From positions 1 through 50,207 of the forward strand of contig CAYVYQ010000001.1 of assembly GCA_964455855.1 (NCBI GenBank): DNA of 50,207 nucleotides, in the 5' to 3' direction. Position numbers and translations under genes: made by a program. The stretch comes from an uncultured Gammaproteobacteria bacterium (GTDB lineage: Bacteria; Pseudomonadota; Gammaproteobacteria; Magnimaribacterales; D2472). Below, one piece after another: positions 27,768-38,578 of the stretch (the stretch's first letter is position 1; each line of letters opens with the position of its first letter). The notes beneath the pieces are model-generated. The model did no database searches and had not been told where the DNA came from. It saw only the letters and a list, made by a program, of their open reading frames with translations.

Positions 27768-28106
27768 ATGGCACTTATAAAGTTATTGCCTCATTTTGAG
27801 TTATGTCCTGATGGAGCAGAATTTGAAACTCAAAAAGATGAGTCTATTTGTGAGGCTGCCTTGAGATCAGGCATTAAAATTGAACATGCATGTGAAATGT
27901 CCTGTGCATGCACTACATGTCATATCATTGTTCGAGATGGGTTTGCTGATCTCAATGAGGCCTCTGAAGATGAGGAAGATCTACTTGATAAGGCGTGGGG
28001 ACTTGAACCAAACTCTCGCTTAAGCTGCCAAACTATTCCAAAAAGCGGAAACTTTACAGTTGAATTACCAAAATACACCATCAATCAAGTTTCAGAGGAT
28101 CATTAA
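27768..28106 (+). CDS. fdx: ISC-type [2Fe-2S] ferredoxin
   Basis: Adrenodoxin-like cysteine pattern CEMSCACTTCH ... SRLSCQ. 112 aa. The ATG directly abuts the iscA stop. Confidence 0.92.
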   Translation: MALIKLLPHFELCPDGAEFETQKDESICEAALRSGIKIEHACEMSCACTTCHIIVRDGFADLNEASEDEEDLLDKAWGLEPNSRLSCQTIPKSGNFTVELPKYTINQVSEDH

Positions 28107-28306
28107 TGAAGATTGGATGGTCAGATATTTTAGAAATCGCGATAAATCTTAGTGAGGTTTACCCTGAGATTGATCCTCAGTGGATCAGTTTTCCAGACTT
28201 ACATCAAAAGATTTGCAGCTTAAAGAATTTTGAAGATGATCCGCAAAATTCTAATGAGAAGATTCTTGAAGCAATCCAGATGGCATGGATGGATGAATCA
28301 GATTAA
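28106..28306 (+). CDS. iscX: Fe-S assembly protein IscX (YfhJ)
   Basis: 66-aa acidic protein. [23 protein letters not shown] closely parallels E. coli IscX [23 protein letters not shown]. Confidence 0.88.
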   Translation: [66 protein letters not shown]

Positions 28307-28341
28307 CTCACCTATAATGTCGCAAATTTAGGAGTAACCTT

Positions 28342-28761
28342 ATGACAATACAACGAACACTTTCAATCATTAAGCCTGACGCAACATCAAAAAATATTAT
28401 TGGAAAAATAATAGATAGGTTTGAAGAAAATGGCCTGAAGGTGATTGCAGGCAAACTAATACATATGGATCAAGCAAAGGCTGCAGGTTTTTATGCTGAG
28501 CATGAGGGGAGACCTTTTTTCCCTAATCTCGTTGAATATATGACCTCAGCTCCTGTATTTGTTCAGGTACTTGAAGGAGATAATGCTGTTTTAAAAAACA
28601 GAGAGTTAATGGGTGCAACTAATCCAAGCGAAGCAGAGCCGGGCACTATTAGAGCAGACTTTGCAGAAACCATAGATGCTAATGCTGTGCATGGATCTGA
28701 TTCAACAGATAGTGCGGCAAGAGAAATCTCATATTTTTTTGACGATAACGAAATCTTTTAA
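28342..28761 (+). CDS. ndk: nucleoside diphosphate kinase
   Basis: [10 protein letters not shown] and the catalytic His context NAVHGSDS. 139 aa. Confidence 0.97.
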   Translation: MTIQRTLSIIKPDATSKNIIGKIIDRFEENGLKVIAGKLIHMDQAKAAGFYAEHEGRPFFPNLVEYMTSAPVFVQVLEGDNAVLKNRELMGATNPSEAEPGTIRADFAETIDANAVHGSDSTDSAAREISYFFDDNEIF

Positions 28762-28765
28762 TTGA

Positions 28766-29860
28766 GTGCATAAAGAAAAAATAAATCTACTTGGATTCTC
28801 ACATGAGTCGCTGGTAGATTTTTTTCAGTCTATACAGCAACCAAGTTTTAGAGCTCTTCAATTGATGAAATGGATTCATCAACGTGGAGTAACTGATTTT
28901 ATGAAAATGACTGATTTCAGTCTTGAATTAAGAAATCAACTTTCTGAAATTGCTGAGGTTAAACCCCCGAAGGTAGAAGAATGTTTATTATCTCCAGAGG
29001 GAACAAAAAAATACTTAATTAGACTAGATTCAGGCTCAATGATTGAGATGGTCAAGATCCCAGAAAAGAAAAGGTTAACTCTTTGCATATCATCTCAGGC
29101 AGGATGTGCATTGCAGTGCACTTTTTGTGCAACAGGAGCGCAGGGTTTTGAAAGAAATTTATCTGATGCTGAAATTATAGGTCAGCTGTGGCTCGCTAAT
29201 TTTTATGATGAATCTAGTCCTCCGATATCAAATGTTGTATTCATGGGAATGGGCGAACCATTATTAAATGTTGAGCCAGTGATGGCTTCTATTAGCTTAA
29301 TGCAGCATCAAAATGCATATGGACTTTCAAAAAGAAGAATCACTTTAAGCACTTCAGGGATAGTACCAGAAATAAATAAACTTGCTGATAAAACTGATGT
29401 CTCGTTGGCAATCTCTTTGCATGCTGCTAATAACATCCTAAGAGATCAGATAGTTCCAATAAATAAAAAATATCCGCTAGAAGAGTTATTAGGAGCTTGC
29501 AAGAATTATCTAAAAACACAGAGTAAGCGAAAAACAATAACTATTGAATATATCTTAATAGATGGCGTAAATGATTCTTTAGACCATGCTAAAGATTTAG
29601 CAAAGGTTCTAAATGGACTATCTTGCAAAATAAATCTTATACCATTCAATCCATTTGATGGCTGTAATTATTCTCGATCTCAAGAAGGAGCTATTTTCAA
29701 GTTTAAAGATTTTCTCATTAAAAAAGGCCTTATTACGACTCTCAGAATCACAAGAGGAGACGCTATAGATGGCGCATGTGGTCAACTTGTCGGTAAGCTG
29801 AAAAAAAGCATTAAAGGAAAAAATAAAACAACCTCAATTAATGTGATTAATACCTCATGA
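28766..29860 (+). CDS. rlmN: 23S rRNA/tRNA A2503/A37 C2 methyltransferase RlmN (radical SAM)
   Basis: Radical-SAM CALQCTFCATG, then GMGEPLLN and a C-terminal DGACGQL. GTG start. Confidence 0.93.
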   Translation: MHKEKINLLGFSHESLVDFFQSIQQPSFRALQLMKWIHQRGVTDFMKMTDFSLELRNQLSEIAEVKPPKVEECLLSPEGTKKYLIRLDSGSMIEMVKIPEKKRLTLCISSQAGCALQCTFCATGAQGFERNLSDAEIIGQLWLANFYDESSPPISNVVFMGMGEPLLNVEPVMASISLMQHQNAYGLSKRRITLSTSGIVPEINKLADKTDVSLAISLHAANNILRDQIVPINKKYPLEELLGACKNYLKTQSKRKTITIEYILIDGVNDSLDHAKDLAKVLNGLSCKINLIPFNPFDGCNYSRSQEGAIFKFKDFLIKKGLITTLRITRGDAIDGACGQLVGKLKKSIKGKNKTTSINVINTS

Positions 29861-30429
29861 GTCTTAAATCTGCGCATACAGGCAAGGTTGGCAAAGCATT
29901 TAAAAATGCTCGTATACTTCGTTCAATGACTGTTGAGGAGGTTGCTCATCAAACTTTAATTAGTGCTGAATATATTAAAGCTATTGAGTCAGGTGATTAT
30001 GCAGTTTTTCCAGCGAGAATGTTTGCTGTTCAATATTTTAAAAAATATGCAAAATTTCTTAATTTAGAGATTGGCTTTTTTGATATTTATAATGCTGATG
30101 TAGTTGCTGCAGCCAATAAAGAATCTCAATCTGATCTGCCTGAACCATCATTTTTAAAACAAAATATGGTTTATATTTTTTTTATATGTTTTTTTCTCTT
30201 GCTTTTAATATTCTATATTTTTAATGCTAGTAATGATTTTGAGAGGCTTTCTGAATTTCAATCAAAAGAAAATGTTATTCAACCGTTAGCTGCTGTATCA
30301 AAAATGGAGGAAGTCGTTAATCAAGATATCAATAAATTACATGATGAAATTAATAATTTTTTTATACAAGATAAACTTGATTCAGTTCAGCTTGATGTTA
30401 ATGTTGATTCATTGGAACCAGAAGTATGA
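29857..30429 (+). CDS. rodZ: RodZ-like cytoskeleton protein (HTH + single TM, truncated form)
   Basis: N-terminal Xre-type HTH ([25 protein letters not shown]), a central TM ([18 protein letters not shown]) and the conserved rlmN-rodZ-ispG position. It is only 190 aa. Confidence 0.65.
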   Translation: MSLKSAHTGKVGKAFKNARILRSMTVEEVAHQTLISAEYIKAIESGDYAVFPARMFAVQYFKKYAKFLNLEIGFFDIYNADVVAAANKESQSDLPEPSFLKQNMVYIFFICFFLLLLIFYIFNASNDFERLSEFQSKENVIQPLAAVSKMEEVVNQDINKLHDEINNFFIQDKLDSVQLDVNVDSLEPEV

Positions 30430-31523
30430 ATAATTCCTGGATAGAAAGAAAAAAAACCAAGCCTATATTTGTAGGAAGTGTTGGCATAGGTGGCGACCAT
30501 CCTATTTCTATTCAATCTATGACCAATACAAATACAGCAGATATTAAAGCTACAGTAAATCAAATTGAAGAATTAGAGGCAGCTGGAGCCGATATTGTTA
30601 GAGTCTCAGTTCCTGATGAAGATTGCGCAAAAGCATTCAAAAAAATTAAAAATTCAGTCTCAGTACCCTTGGTTGCAGATATTCACTTTGATTATAAAAT
30701 TGCTTTGCTTGTTGCCGATTCTGCTGATTGTCTCAGAATTAATCCAGGTAACATAGGAAAAGAAAACAAGGTTCAAGAAATCATTCAAGCCGCAAAAGAT
30801 AACAATATACCAATAAGAGTTGGTGTGAATGCCGGTTCATTGGAAAAAGATCTGCAAAAGAAGTATGGAGAACCTAATTCTGATGCCTTGGTAGAATCAG
30901 CTCTAAGGCATGTAGATATATTAGATAGATATAATTTTTCAAACTTTAAATTAAGCCTTAAAGCTTCAAATATTCAAATGACTGTTGAGAGTTACAGGAA
31001 GTTTTCTAAATTGTTAGATCAGCCATTACATCTAGGTATTACAGAGTCTGGTAGTTACAGAGCAGGTTCAGTCAAGTCATCTATTGGTCTAGGTATGCTT
31101 TTATCTGAGGGCATTGGTGACACCATTAGGGTCTCGCTTGCATCTGATCCTGTAGATGAAGTTAAGATTGGTTGGGATATTTTAAAAAGCCTGAACCTAA
31201 GAAGTCGTGGTATTAGAATAGTTGCATGTCCAAGCTGCTCTAGACAAAATTTTAATGTTATAGAGGTAGTTAATGAACTTGAAGCAAGATTTGAGGGAAT
31301 CGCTGAGGACTTAGAGGTGGCTATCATTGGTTGCTACGTTAATGGTCCCGGTGAATCTAAGGCAGCTGATGTTGGCCTAACGGGAGGCCCGAGTAACTTG
31401 CTTTATGTGAATGGCACTCCTTCAAAAAAAGTCTCTAATGAGAAACTTGTTGATACAATAGAAGAGCAGGTAAAAGAACAGCTGCAAAAGAAAAGCGCTA
31501 TAGACATAATTGCAAAAGGTTAA
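30426..31523 (+). CDS. ispG: 4-hydroxy-3-methylbut-2-enyl diphosphate synthase
   Basis: [20 protein letters not shown], and the cluster cysteines in CPSCSRQ and GCYVNGPGE. Confidence 0.96.
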   Translation: MNNSWIERKKTKPIFVGSVGIGGDHPISIQSMTNTNTADIKATVNQIEELEAAGADIVRVSVPDEDCAKAFKKIKNSVSVPLVADIHFDYKIALLVADSADCLRINPGNIGKENKVQEIIQAAKDNNIPIRVGVNAGSLEKDLQKKYGEPNSDALVESALRHVDILDRYNFSNFKLSLKASNIQMTVESYRKFSKLLDQPLHLGITESGSYRAGSVKSSIGLGMLLSEGIGDTIRVSLASDPVDEVKIGWDILKSLNLRSRGIRIVACPSCSRQNFNVIEVVNELEARFEGIAEDLEVAIIGCYVNGPGESKAADVGLTGGPSNLLYVNGTPSKKVSNEKLVDTIEEQVKEQLQKKSAIDIIAKG

Positions 31524-31526
31524 AAA

Positions 31527-32771
31527 GTGAAGATTCAATCATTAAGAGGTATGCCTGATTTATTTCCTGAAGATCTAGAGAGATGGCATATATTTGAATC
31601 AAAGCTTTCAGAAATTTTTCATTCTTTTGGCACGCATGAAATTCGCACTCCATTACTTGAGTCCACAGAACTTTTTTCAAGATCAGTAGGAAACTCATCT
31701 GATATTGTTAATAAAGAGCTTTATTCGTTTTTGGATCGCAATGAAGATAGCATCAGTCTGAGACCAGAGGGCTCAGCCAGTGTGATCAGGGCAATTATTC
31801 AAAAAAAACAAGAGCAGGAAAAACATAAATTATGGTATCAAGGGCCAATGTTTAGATATGAGAGACCGCAAAAAGGTAGATTTAGGCAGTTTCATCAAGT
31901 GGGAGTTGAGTATCTTGGATTCGAGGAAGGAATTTCTGAGTATGAGTTAATCAGCATGGTTTTGCAGATTAATAAATTAATTGGTATTACAAACTATACA
32001 ATCAAAATCAATCACCTTGGCGATGCAAATGCTAAGGAAAGTTTTTGTGAGTCACTGGTTAGTTTTCTGAAGCCACACATAAATGACTTGCATGAAAAAG
32101 ATCAAGTAAGATTAGAATCTAATCCATTGAGAGTTTTGGACTCTAAGGAAAAATCTACTCAGGCATTATTAGAACAAGGCCCAAAATTCCAAGATTTTAT
32201 TTCGAATGAGTCAAAGAGTTTCTTGCAAAATCTTGTAGATGCATTTAGCAATCATTGCGATATTAAGATTGATCAATCGCTAGTCAGAGGATTGGATTAT
32301 TACACAGGCATTGTATTTGAAACTGTTTCACAAGAGCTTGGAGCACAAGATGCCTTTCTTGGAGGAGGAAGATATGACAATCTTTCTAATCAATTGGGCG
32401 GCAAAGATATGCATGCCATAGGCTTTGCTATAGGTGTTGAAAGAATAGTTGAGCTCCTAAACCCTGAAAGCAATAAACCATCATTAAAAGTTGGTTTTAT
32501 AGTCACGGGAGAGCAGATTGGCAAAAAAACATATAAAATAGCCGATGATTTAAGAAGTGCAAACAATAGTATTATTCTTGATACGTTTTTAAGTGAGGGA
32601 AGTTTAAAATCTCAGCTCAGACGAGCCAATAAAAACAATTGCAGTTACGCAATTATTATTGGAGAAGATGAAGTAAAAAATAATCAAGTAATATGGAAAG
32701 ACCTTAGCGAAGGCGGTGAGCAAGAACTTCTTAGCTCAAAAGAAGTCATAGACAAATATACCAATCTTTAG
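31527..32771 (+). CDS. hisS: histidyl-tRNA synthetase
   Basis: RGMPD near the N-terminus, motif 2 FRYERPQKGRFRQFHQ, plus GGGRYD and GFAIGVER. GTG start. Confidence 0.96.
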   Translation: MKIQSLRGMPDLFPEDLERWHIFESKLSEIFHSFGTHEIRTPLLESTELFSRSVGNSSDIVNKELYSFLDRNEDSISLRPEGSASVIRAIIQKKQEQEKHKLWYQGPMFRYERPQKGRFRQFHQVGVEYLGFEEGISEYELISMVLQINKLIGITNYTIKINHLGDANAKESFCESLVSFLKPHINDLHEKDQVRLESNPLRVLDSKEKSTQALLEQGPKFQDFISNESKSFLQNLVDAFSNHCDIKIDQSLVRGLDYYTGIVFETVSQELGAQDAFLGGGRYDNLSNQLGGKDMHAIGFAIGVERIVELLNPESNKPSLKVGFIVTGEQIGKKTYKIADDLRSANNSIILDTFLSEGSLKSQLRRANKNNCSYAIIIGEDEVKNNQVIWKDLSEGGEQELLSSKEVIDKYTNL

Positions 32772-32779
32772 GAGAGATA

Positions 32780-33424
32780 ATGGCAGAGTACAGTTCAGAT
32801 GAAGAGAGATTTTCAGCATTTGTAAATTTCTTTAAGGATCATAAAAATACCCTTGTAATTGGCTTCTTGCTTCTTGCATTTATTCTAACTTCTTCTATTG
32901 GTTATAAGTCATATAGCAGTTCGCAGAACTTAAAAGCAGCTGAGATTTATGATGCATGGTCTGCTGGTCTTACCAATGAATCAACAAGCGCATCTAACAA
33001 TAAAGAGAATTTTGATAAGTTACAAGAAAAATACGCTAATACTGGTTATGCTCAGCTTGCAAGGATGATAAGAGGCTCATCTTTTGCCAGAGAAGGCGAT
33101 CTTGATGCTGCTTTAGAAGATTTTCAACAACTTCTAGATACAACTTCAGGGTTTTTTGGAAATGATATGTTGAATTCAATTGCAAAAATAAATATTGCTA
33201 GAATTGAACTTAGCAAACAAAATTATTCTAGTGTCCTGGCTGTCTTAGAATCATTTAATTCTGAATCGGAGCACCCGCTTGTTTACGAGGTAAAAGGGGA
33301 TGCCTTGGCTGGGCTTAAAAAAAATGACTTAGCTTTAGATCAATATTCATTGGCTCTTGAGAATTCACAAAATGAATCTCAAAAATCTCTTTTAAAGATG
33401 AAGATTAATAAAATTACAAACTAA
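32780..33424 (+). CDS. yfgM: YfgM-like TPR membrane protein (SecYEG ancillary subunit family)
   Basis: N-terminal TM anchor followed by TPR-like helices. Conserved hisS-yfgM-bamB-der position. Confidence 0.72.
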   Translation: MAEYSSDEERFSAFVNFFKDHKNTLVIGFLLLAFILTSSIGYKSYSSSQNLKAAEIYDAWSAGLTNESTSASNNKENFDKLQEKYANTGYAQLARMIRGSSFAREGDLDAALEDFQQLLDTTSGFFGNDMLNSIAKINIARIELSKQNYSSVLAVLESFNSESEHPLVYEVKGDALAGLKKNDLALDQYSLALENSQNESQKSLLKMKINKITN

Positions 33425-33429
33425 TACCA

Positions 33430-34575
33430 ATGAAAAATAATATATTTTTAAGTATTGTTTTAATACTCACCTCTTCATGCTCGACCTTAGCCTTTTGGTC
33501 CGATGATTCAGATGTTGAAGTGATTGAACCAGTTCCTCTTCAATCTTTTAAGAATGATTACCAAATATCTTTAGAGTGGAAAAAATCTTTTAAAGGAGAA
33601 AATAGTTTAGGCTCTTTTAAGCCCTCGTTTTATTCAGGCAATATGTTAATTGCTGAACCTGAAGGAAATATTTTTTCAATCAACCCTATCTCTGGAAAAG
33701 AGAATTGGAAAATTAACCTCAATCGTGAATTAGCAGCGGGGGTAGCTTCAGGTTTTGGTAAATTAATCGTATCCGATGTTAATGGTTTTGTAATTGCCAT
33801 TGACTCAGAGACCCAAGAGATTATTTGGGAAAAAAATATAGGTGGAGAGGTTTTATCTAATGCAGTGGTTAGCGCTTCATTGATTATTGTCAAAAATTCT
33901 GTTGGTGAATTGGTCGCATTGAATGCTTTATCAGGTGACAAAAAATGGTCTTTTAGATCTCAATTGCCTGCTTTGACTGTTCGGGGAACAGGCGAATCAA
34001 TCATTGAAAATGGTATTGTTTTTTCTACTTTTGATAATGGGCGCATGGGGGCATTCCAACTAGAAACAGGTTTCTTTCTTTGGGATGCACCTATCTCTTT
34101 TGTTGAAGGCTCGTCTGAGCTTGAAAATCTAATAGATGCAGACTCAGCTCCAGTTTTAGCTAAGCAATTAATTTTTGCCACTAATTATCAAGGCAATTTA
34201 ACAGCATTTGATATAGCTCAAAAAAGACCAGTATGGAATTCAAAATCTTCATCATTTTATTCTCCTGTTGTAGCCAATAATATGATTATGGCAATACAAG
34301 ATAATGGCTCAATTTTGTCATTCTCTTTGGCTAATTTAGCTCCTTCTTGGACCTCAGAAGAGTATTTAAGAAGAGAACTATCAAGCGGAGCCGCATATAA
34401 GAACTTATTACTCGTTGGAGACTTAGACGGCTATGTCCATGCAATCAATCCAATGACTGGAATGACTGCTGGAAGAAAAAAAGTATCTAGTAATCCAATA
34501 ATGAGCATTGTTACTTTTAGAGAGTTTGCATATGTTATTGATCAGGAATCTAACATAGCTGCAATCAAGCTCTAA
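33430..34575 (+). CDS. bamB: outer membrane protein assembly factor BamB
   Basis: Lipobox LTSSC and repeated PQQ-like beta-propeller blades (G.L.A....G...W). 381 aa. Confidence 0.9.
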   Translation: MKNNIFLSIVLILTSSCSTLAFWSDDSDVEVIEPVPLQSFKNDYQISLEWKKSFKGENSLGSFKPSFYSGNMLIAEPEGNIFSINPISGKENWKINLNRELAAGVASGFGKLIVSDVNGFVIAIDSETQEIIWEKNIGGEVLSNAVVSASLIIVKNSVGELVALNALSGDKKWSFRSQLPALTVRGTGESIIENGIVFSTFDNGRMGAFQLETGFFLWDAPISFVEGSSELENLIDADSAPVLAKQLIFATNYQGNLTAFDIAQKRPVWNSKSSSFYSPVVANNMIMAIQDNGSILSFSLANLAPSWTSEEYLRRELSSGAAYKNLLLVGDLDGYVHAINPMTGMTAGRKKVSSNPIMSIVTFREFAYVIDQESNIAAIKL

Positions 34576-34589
34576 TATGCCTTTTCAAA

Positions 34590-35987
34590 ATGTTAAATTC
34601 AATTGCAATTCTTGGCCGACCCAATGTAGGGAAATCTTCTCTATTTAATAAGCTTACAAAAACCAGAAATGCCATTGTTTCTGATTTTTCTGGGCTTACT
34701 AAAGATAGAAATTTTGGTTATGCCTCGATCAAGGACCAGCAATATTTAGTCATTGATACAGGGGGAGTTGGTTCTGAAGTTACAGAATTCAGCGCAGCAA
34801 TTACCGAGCAGGCACTTATAGCTGCGGAAGATTCTAATCTTATATTGCTGTTAATTGATGGTTCAGAAGAGTTGACCGCAGATGATATTGATTTATATCA
34901 ATCTATAAGAAAAATGAACAAGCAATTCTTTGTTGTTTTAAATAAAATTGATATAAAAAAAAGATCAAATGCAAAGGAAGATCTTTTAAAGTTTGGCTCA
35001 GGAGATATGGTTGAAATTAGTGCAGAGCATTCTCGCGGTATCAAGGAATTACAAAATGCCATTTCCCAACAATTTGCTGAACTATCTATTGCTAGCTCTA
35101 AAGAAGATATAAAAGGAACAAAAATAGCTGTAATTGGAAGACCAAATGCAGGCAAATCAACATTTATCAATCAATTCACAAAGCAAGATCGTCTAATTGT
35201 TTCGGATGTTCCTGGCACAACTATAGACTCTATTCATGTCCCATTTGTTTTTGATGATGAGAATTTTATTTTTATTGATACAGCAGGGATTAGAAAGAAA
35301 TATAAACAGAGTCATGCAGTAGAGTATTTTTCATATGTAAGAGCAATGCATGCTGTAGATGAGTCAGATATTGTTTTAATGATCGTTGATGCGTCAGATG
35401 GAATAGTCGATCAAGATCTAAGAATCTTGAATCTGATCAGAGGTTATGGAAAGCCTGTTGTGGTTGCTCTAAATAAAATTGATGAACTTAGCGCAGATCA
35501 CTTGCTGGACCTTAAAGAAACTAAAAAATTCCAAAATTCAGCTTTAAATGATTTAATTTTAGTCGAAATTTCAGGACTTCAAAAAAGAGGGTTTAAAAAA
35601 CTTTTTGATACTCTTGCTAAAGTTAACCAATTAGCAAAAACTAAATTTTCTACTGGCAAGTTGAACAAGTTGCTTCTTAAGTTTACCAACTCAACCAATA
35701 CACCGAGCATTTCAGGTCGACAAATTAAAATGAGATATGTCCATTTTGGAGGTATTCATCCTACAAAATTCATAATACATTCAAACTTTTCTAGCAAAAT
35801 CCCTTCGAATTATAAGCGATATCTAATTAATTCTTTCAGAGAGGAACTTAATCTGAATAGTGTTGAGTTAAGCATTATTTTTAAAAAAGGAGACAATCCT
35901 TTTGAAGGCAATAAAAATGAGCTATCTTCAAGACAAATTAAGAAGAAAAAAAGGCTTATAAAGCACGTAAAAAAATCAAAAAAATAA
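34590..35987 (+). CDS. der: ribosome biogenesis GTPase Der (EngA)
   Basis: Two tandem GTPase domains (GRPNVGKSSLFN / DTGG and GRPNAGKSTFIN / DTAG) plus a KH-like C-terminus. Lys-rich tail. Confidence 0.96.
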   Translation: MLNSIAILGRPNVGKSSLFNKLTKTRNAIVSDFSGLTKDRNFGYASIKDQQYLVIDTGGVGSEVTEFSAAITEQALIAAEDSNLILLLIDGSEELTADDIDLYQSIRKMNKQFFVVLNKIDIKKRSNAKEDLLKFGSGDMVEISAEHSRGIKELQNAISQQFAELSIASSKEDIKGTKIAVIGRPNAGKSTFINQFTKQDRLIVSDVPGTTIDSIHVPFVFDDENFIFIDTAGIRKKYKQSHAVEYFSYVRAMHAVDESDIVLMIVDASDGIVDQDLRILNLIRGYGKPVVVALNKIDELSADHLLDLKETKKFQNSALNDLILVEISGLQKRGFKKLFDTLAKVNQLAKTKFSTGKLNKLLLKFTNSTNTPSISGRQIKMRYVHFGGIHPTKFIIHSNFSSKIPSNYKRYLINSFREELNLNSVELSIIFKKGDNPFEGNKNELSSRQIKKKKRLIKHVKKSKK

Positions 35988-36045
35988 GATTTTCTTATTT
36001 TAATTACGTATAATTTAGGCCTATAAAGCACTTTAAAAGTAACAA

Positions 36046-36426
36046 ATGTCTATAAAACCTGTATATATAAATTTATTTAAAATTCAGCTTCCCTTATCAG
36101 CGCTATTATCAATATCTCATAGGGTTTCAGGAATACTTATTTTTTTTATGGTTCTCCCTGTTTCAGCATATATTTTAAATATACTTCTTGCTAGCCAGGC
36201 TTCATTTATCTCATTTTTGGATGCGTACAAAGCTTCTGTTTTTTTACGAACATTTGTCCTTTTTAATATATTGATCTTTGTGTACCATGTCATTGCAGGA
36301 ATTCGACACATGTTAATGGATTTCCATTTAATTAGTGAGACTCTTTCTGCGTCAAATACCTCAGCAAAAATTGCAATCATTTTGTTTCTCGTTATTGCTC
36401 TTTTAACAATACTGGTCCTGACATGA
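36046..36426 (+). CDS. sdhC: succinate dehydrogenase cytochrome b556 subunit
   Basis: Three-TM 126-aa protein with the SISHRVSG heme-ligand context. First gene of the sdhCDAB order. Confidence 0.88.
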   Translation: MSIKPVYINLFKIQLPLSALLSISHRVSGILIFFMVLPVSAYILNILLASQASFISFLDAYKASVFLRTFVLFNILIFVYHVIAGIRHMLMDFHLISETLSASNTSAKIAIILFLVIALLTILVLT

Positions 36427-36773
36427 AATTAGGTAAATTAATTTGGTACCTGCAAAGATATTCTGCGATTTATTTTCTTATATTCCTTGTATATGTAGGA
36501 TTTACTTTTTTAACTGATGGATTCAGTTTTCAATTCTTAACAGAAAGTACCACATTTAAACTCTCATTAAGTTTTTTTATTATTTTGGCTTGCGCACATG
36601 CATTTGCAGGTTTGTGGACTGTAGGTACTGATTATTTGACCAAGAGGACGCTTGGTTTTGTTTCCCCAGTTCTGTCAACGTATGCAAATTTATTGAGAAA
36701 GAGCTTTGAGTTCTTCTTCATTGTTCTTGGTTTTTTTCTTGTTATTTTTTATCTTTTAATTATCTGGTCTTAA
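36423..36773 (+). CDS. sdhD: succinate dehydrogenase hydrophobic membrane anchor
   Basis: 116-aa three-TM protein between sdhC and sdhA, with a 4-nt start/stop overlap. Confidence 0.82.
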   Translation: MKLGKLIWYLQRYSAIYFLIFLVYVGFTFLTDGFSFQFLTESTTFKLSLSFFIILACAHAFAGLWTVGTDYLTKRTLGFVSPVLSTYANLLRKSFEFFFIVLGFFLVIFYLLIIWS

Positions 36774-36774
36774 T

Positions 36775-38559
36775 ATGGAAATCTTTAATTCATCAAATAT
36801 CAAAACATTAGAATTTGATGCTCTAATTATTGGCGGTGGAGGTTCAGGCATGAGAACCTCTTTAGAGCTTGCAAAATCTGGATTGAAGACAGCAGTGGTC
36901 TCTAAAGTTTTCCCAACAAGATCTCACACTGTCTCAGCTCAAGGAGGAATTACTTGCGCAATTGCAAGTGAAGATCCTAATGATGATTGGCGTTGGCATA
37001 TGTATGACACTGTAAAGGGATCGGACTACATCGGTGATCAAGATGCAATTGAATATATGTGTTCAGAGGGACCCAAGGCAGTGTTTGAGCTTGAGCATAT
37101 GGGGTTACCTTTTTCTAGATTTGAGAATGGGCGAATATATCAGCGACCTTTTGGGGGGCAGTCAAAAGATTTTGGTAAAGGTGGTCAAGCGGCAAGGACC
37201 TGTGCAGCAGCAGACAGGACTGGACATGCATTGCTTCATACCCTTTATCAAAATAATATTAAGGAAGGTTCAAACTTTCTTAATGAATGGTTTGCAGTAG
37301 ATTTGGTTCTAAATCAATCAAAGGAAGTGACTGGTGTTATTGCATTTTCCATTGAATCTGGAGAAGTTGCATATTTAAAATCTCAAGCAACAGTAATGGC
37401 CACTGGCGGCGCTGGCAGAATATATTCTTCCACAACTAATGCTCTTATAAATACTGGAGATGGTTTAGGTATGGCCTTAAGAGCTGGATTTCCTGCTCAA
37501 GATATGGAAATGTGGCAGTTTCATCCAACTGGGATCTATGGAGCAGGTTCTCTAGTCACGGAAGGTTGCCGAGGAGAAGGAGGTTACCTAATAAATGCTG
37601 AGGGTGAGAGATTCATGGAGAGGTATGCACCTAATGCTAAAGATTTAGCTGGAAGAGATGTGGTTGCAAGATCAATGGTATTAGAAATTTTAGAAGGTCG
37701 AGGATGTGGTGAAAATAAAGATCATGTTTTCCTTAAACTAGACCATTTAGGTGCAGATGTGCTTAATGCAAAGCTTCCTGGAATATGCGAGCTTTCAAGA
37801 ACATTTGCTGGAGTTGATCCAATTTATAATCCCATCCCTGTTGTTCCAACATGCCATTATATGATGGGGGGAACGCCAACCAATATTCATGGCCAAGCTT
37901 TTACTCAATCTAATGGAGTAGACGAGATTATTTCTGGCTTATTCTCAGTTGGTGAAGCTGCATGTGTTTCCGTTCATGGAGCTAACAGATTAGGAGGTAA
38001 TTCTCTTCTTGATCTGGTTGTATTTGGAAGGGCTGCCGGAATTCACATTCAAGAAGCATTGAAGACAGGCGGCGGAGTTGCAGATGCCAATAGCGATGAT
38101 ATTAATCAAGCACTTGATGGACTTAACAAGATTAATTTATCCAATGATGGTTTTGAAGTAGCTGAGGTCAAGAGAGAGCTTCAATCTGTTATGCAAAATT
38201 ATTTTGGCGTCTTCCGCAGAGGTGATTATATGGAGAAAGGCGTTGCAGCTTTGCAGGAGATACGTGAAAAGGTTTCCAACCTTCACCTAAAAGACAAGAG
38301 CATGGCTTTCAACACAAGTAGAGTTGAAGCTCTAGAACTTCAGAATTTATTTGAAGTTGCTGAGGCAACTGCAATTGCTTCATTTCAAAGAACAGAAAGC
38401 AGAGGAGCCCATGCTCGAGATGATTTTAAGGAGCGTGATGATGAAAATTGGTTGTGTCATTCTTTGTATGATCCCATCCAAAAAACTTTGAGCAAAAGAG
38501 ATGTTAATTTTGCACCCGCTCAAGTGGATACTTTTGAACCAAAGGTAAGAACATATTAA
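36775..38559 (+). CDS. sdhA: succinate dehydrogenase flavoprotein subunit
   Basis: FAD fold [10 protein letters not shown], covalent-FAD His context [10 protein letters not shown], then HPTG and [13 protein letters not shown]. Confidence 0.97.
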   Translation: MEIFNSSNIKTLEFDALIIGGGGSGMRTSLELAKSGLKTAVVSKVFPTRSHTVSAQGGITCAIASEDPNDDWRWHMYDTVKGSDYIGDQDAIEYMCSEGPKAVFELEHMGLPFSRFENGRIYQRPFGGQSKDFGKGGQAARTCAAADRTGHALLHTLYQNNIKEGSNFLNEWFAVDLVLNQSKEVTGVIAFSIESGEVAYLKSQATVMATGGAGRIYSSTTNALINTGDGLGMALRAGFPAQDMEMWQFHPTGIYGAGSLVTEGCRGEGGYLINAEGERFMERYAPNAKDLAGRDVVARSMVLEILEGRGCGENKDHVFLKLDHLGADVLNAKLPGICELSRTFAGVDPIYNPIPVVPTCHYMMGGTPTNIHGQAFTQSNGVDEIISGLFSVGEAACVSVHGANRLGGNSLLDLVVFGRAAGIHIQEALKTGGGVADANSDDINQALDGLNKINLSNDGFEVAEVKRELQSVMQNYFGVFRRGDYMEKGVAALQEIREKVSNLHLKDKSMAFNTSRVEALELQNLFEVAEATAIASFQRTESRGAHARDDFKERDDENWLCHSLYDPIQKTLSKRDVNFAPAQVDTFEPKVRTY

Positions 38560-38578
38560 TTTTATTTGAGATTAAAAT

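Noticed and set aside
35983-35999. Hairpin AATAAGA-TTT-TCTTATT after the der stop, considered as an intrinsic terminator.
   Set aside because: The stem is 7 bp with a single G:C pair, and the following tract is TTAATT rather than a U-run. That is too weak to call a terminator from sequence alone. It is mentioned only as context for the sdh promoter repeat.
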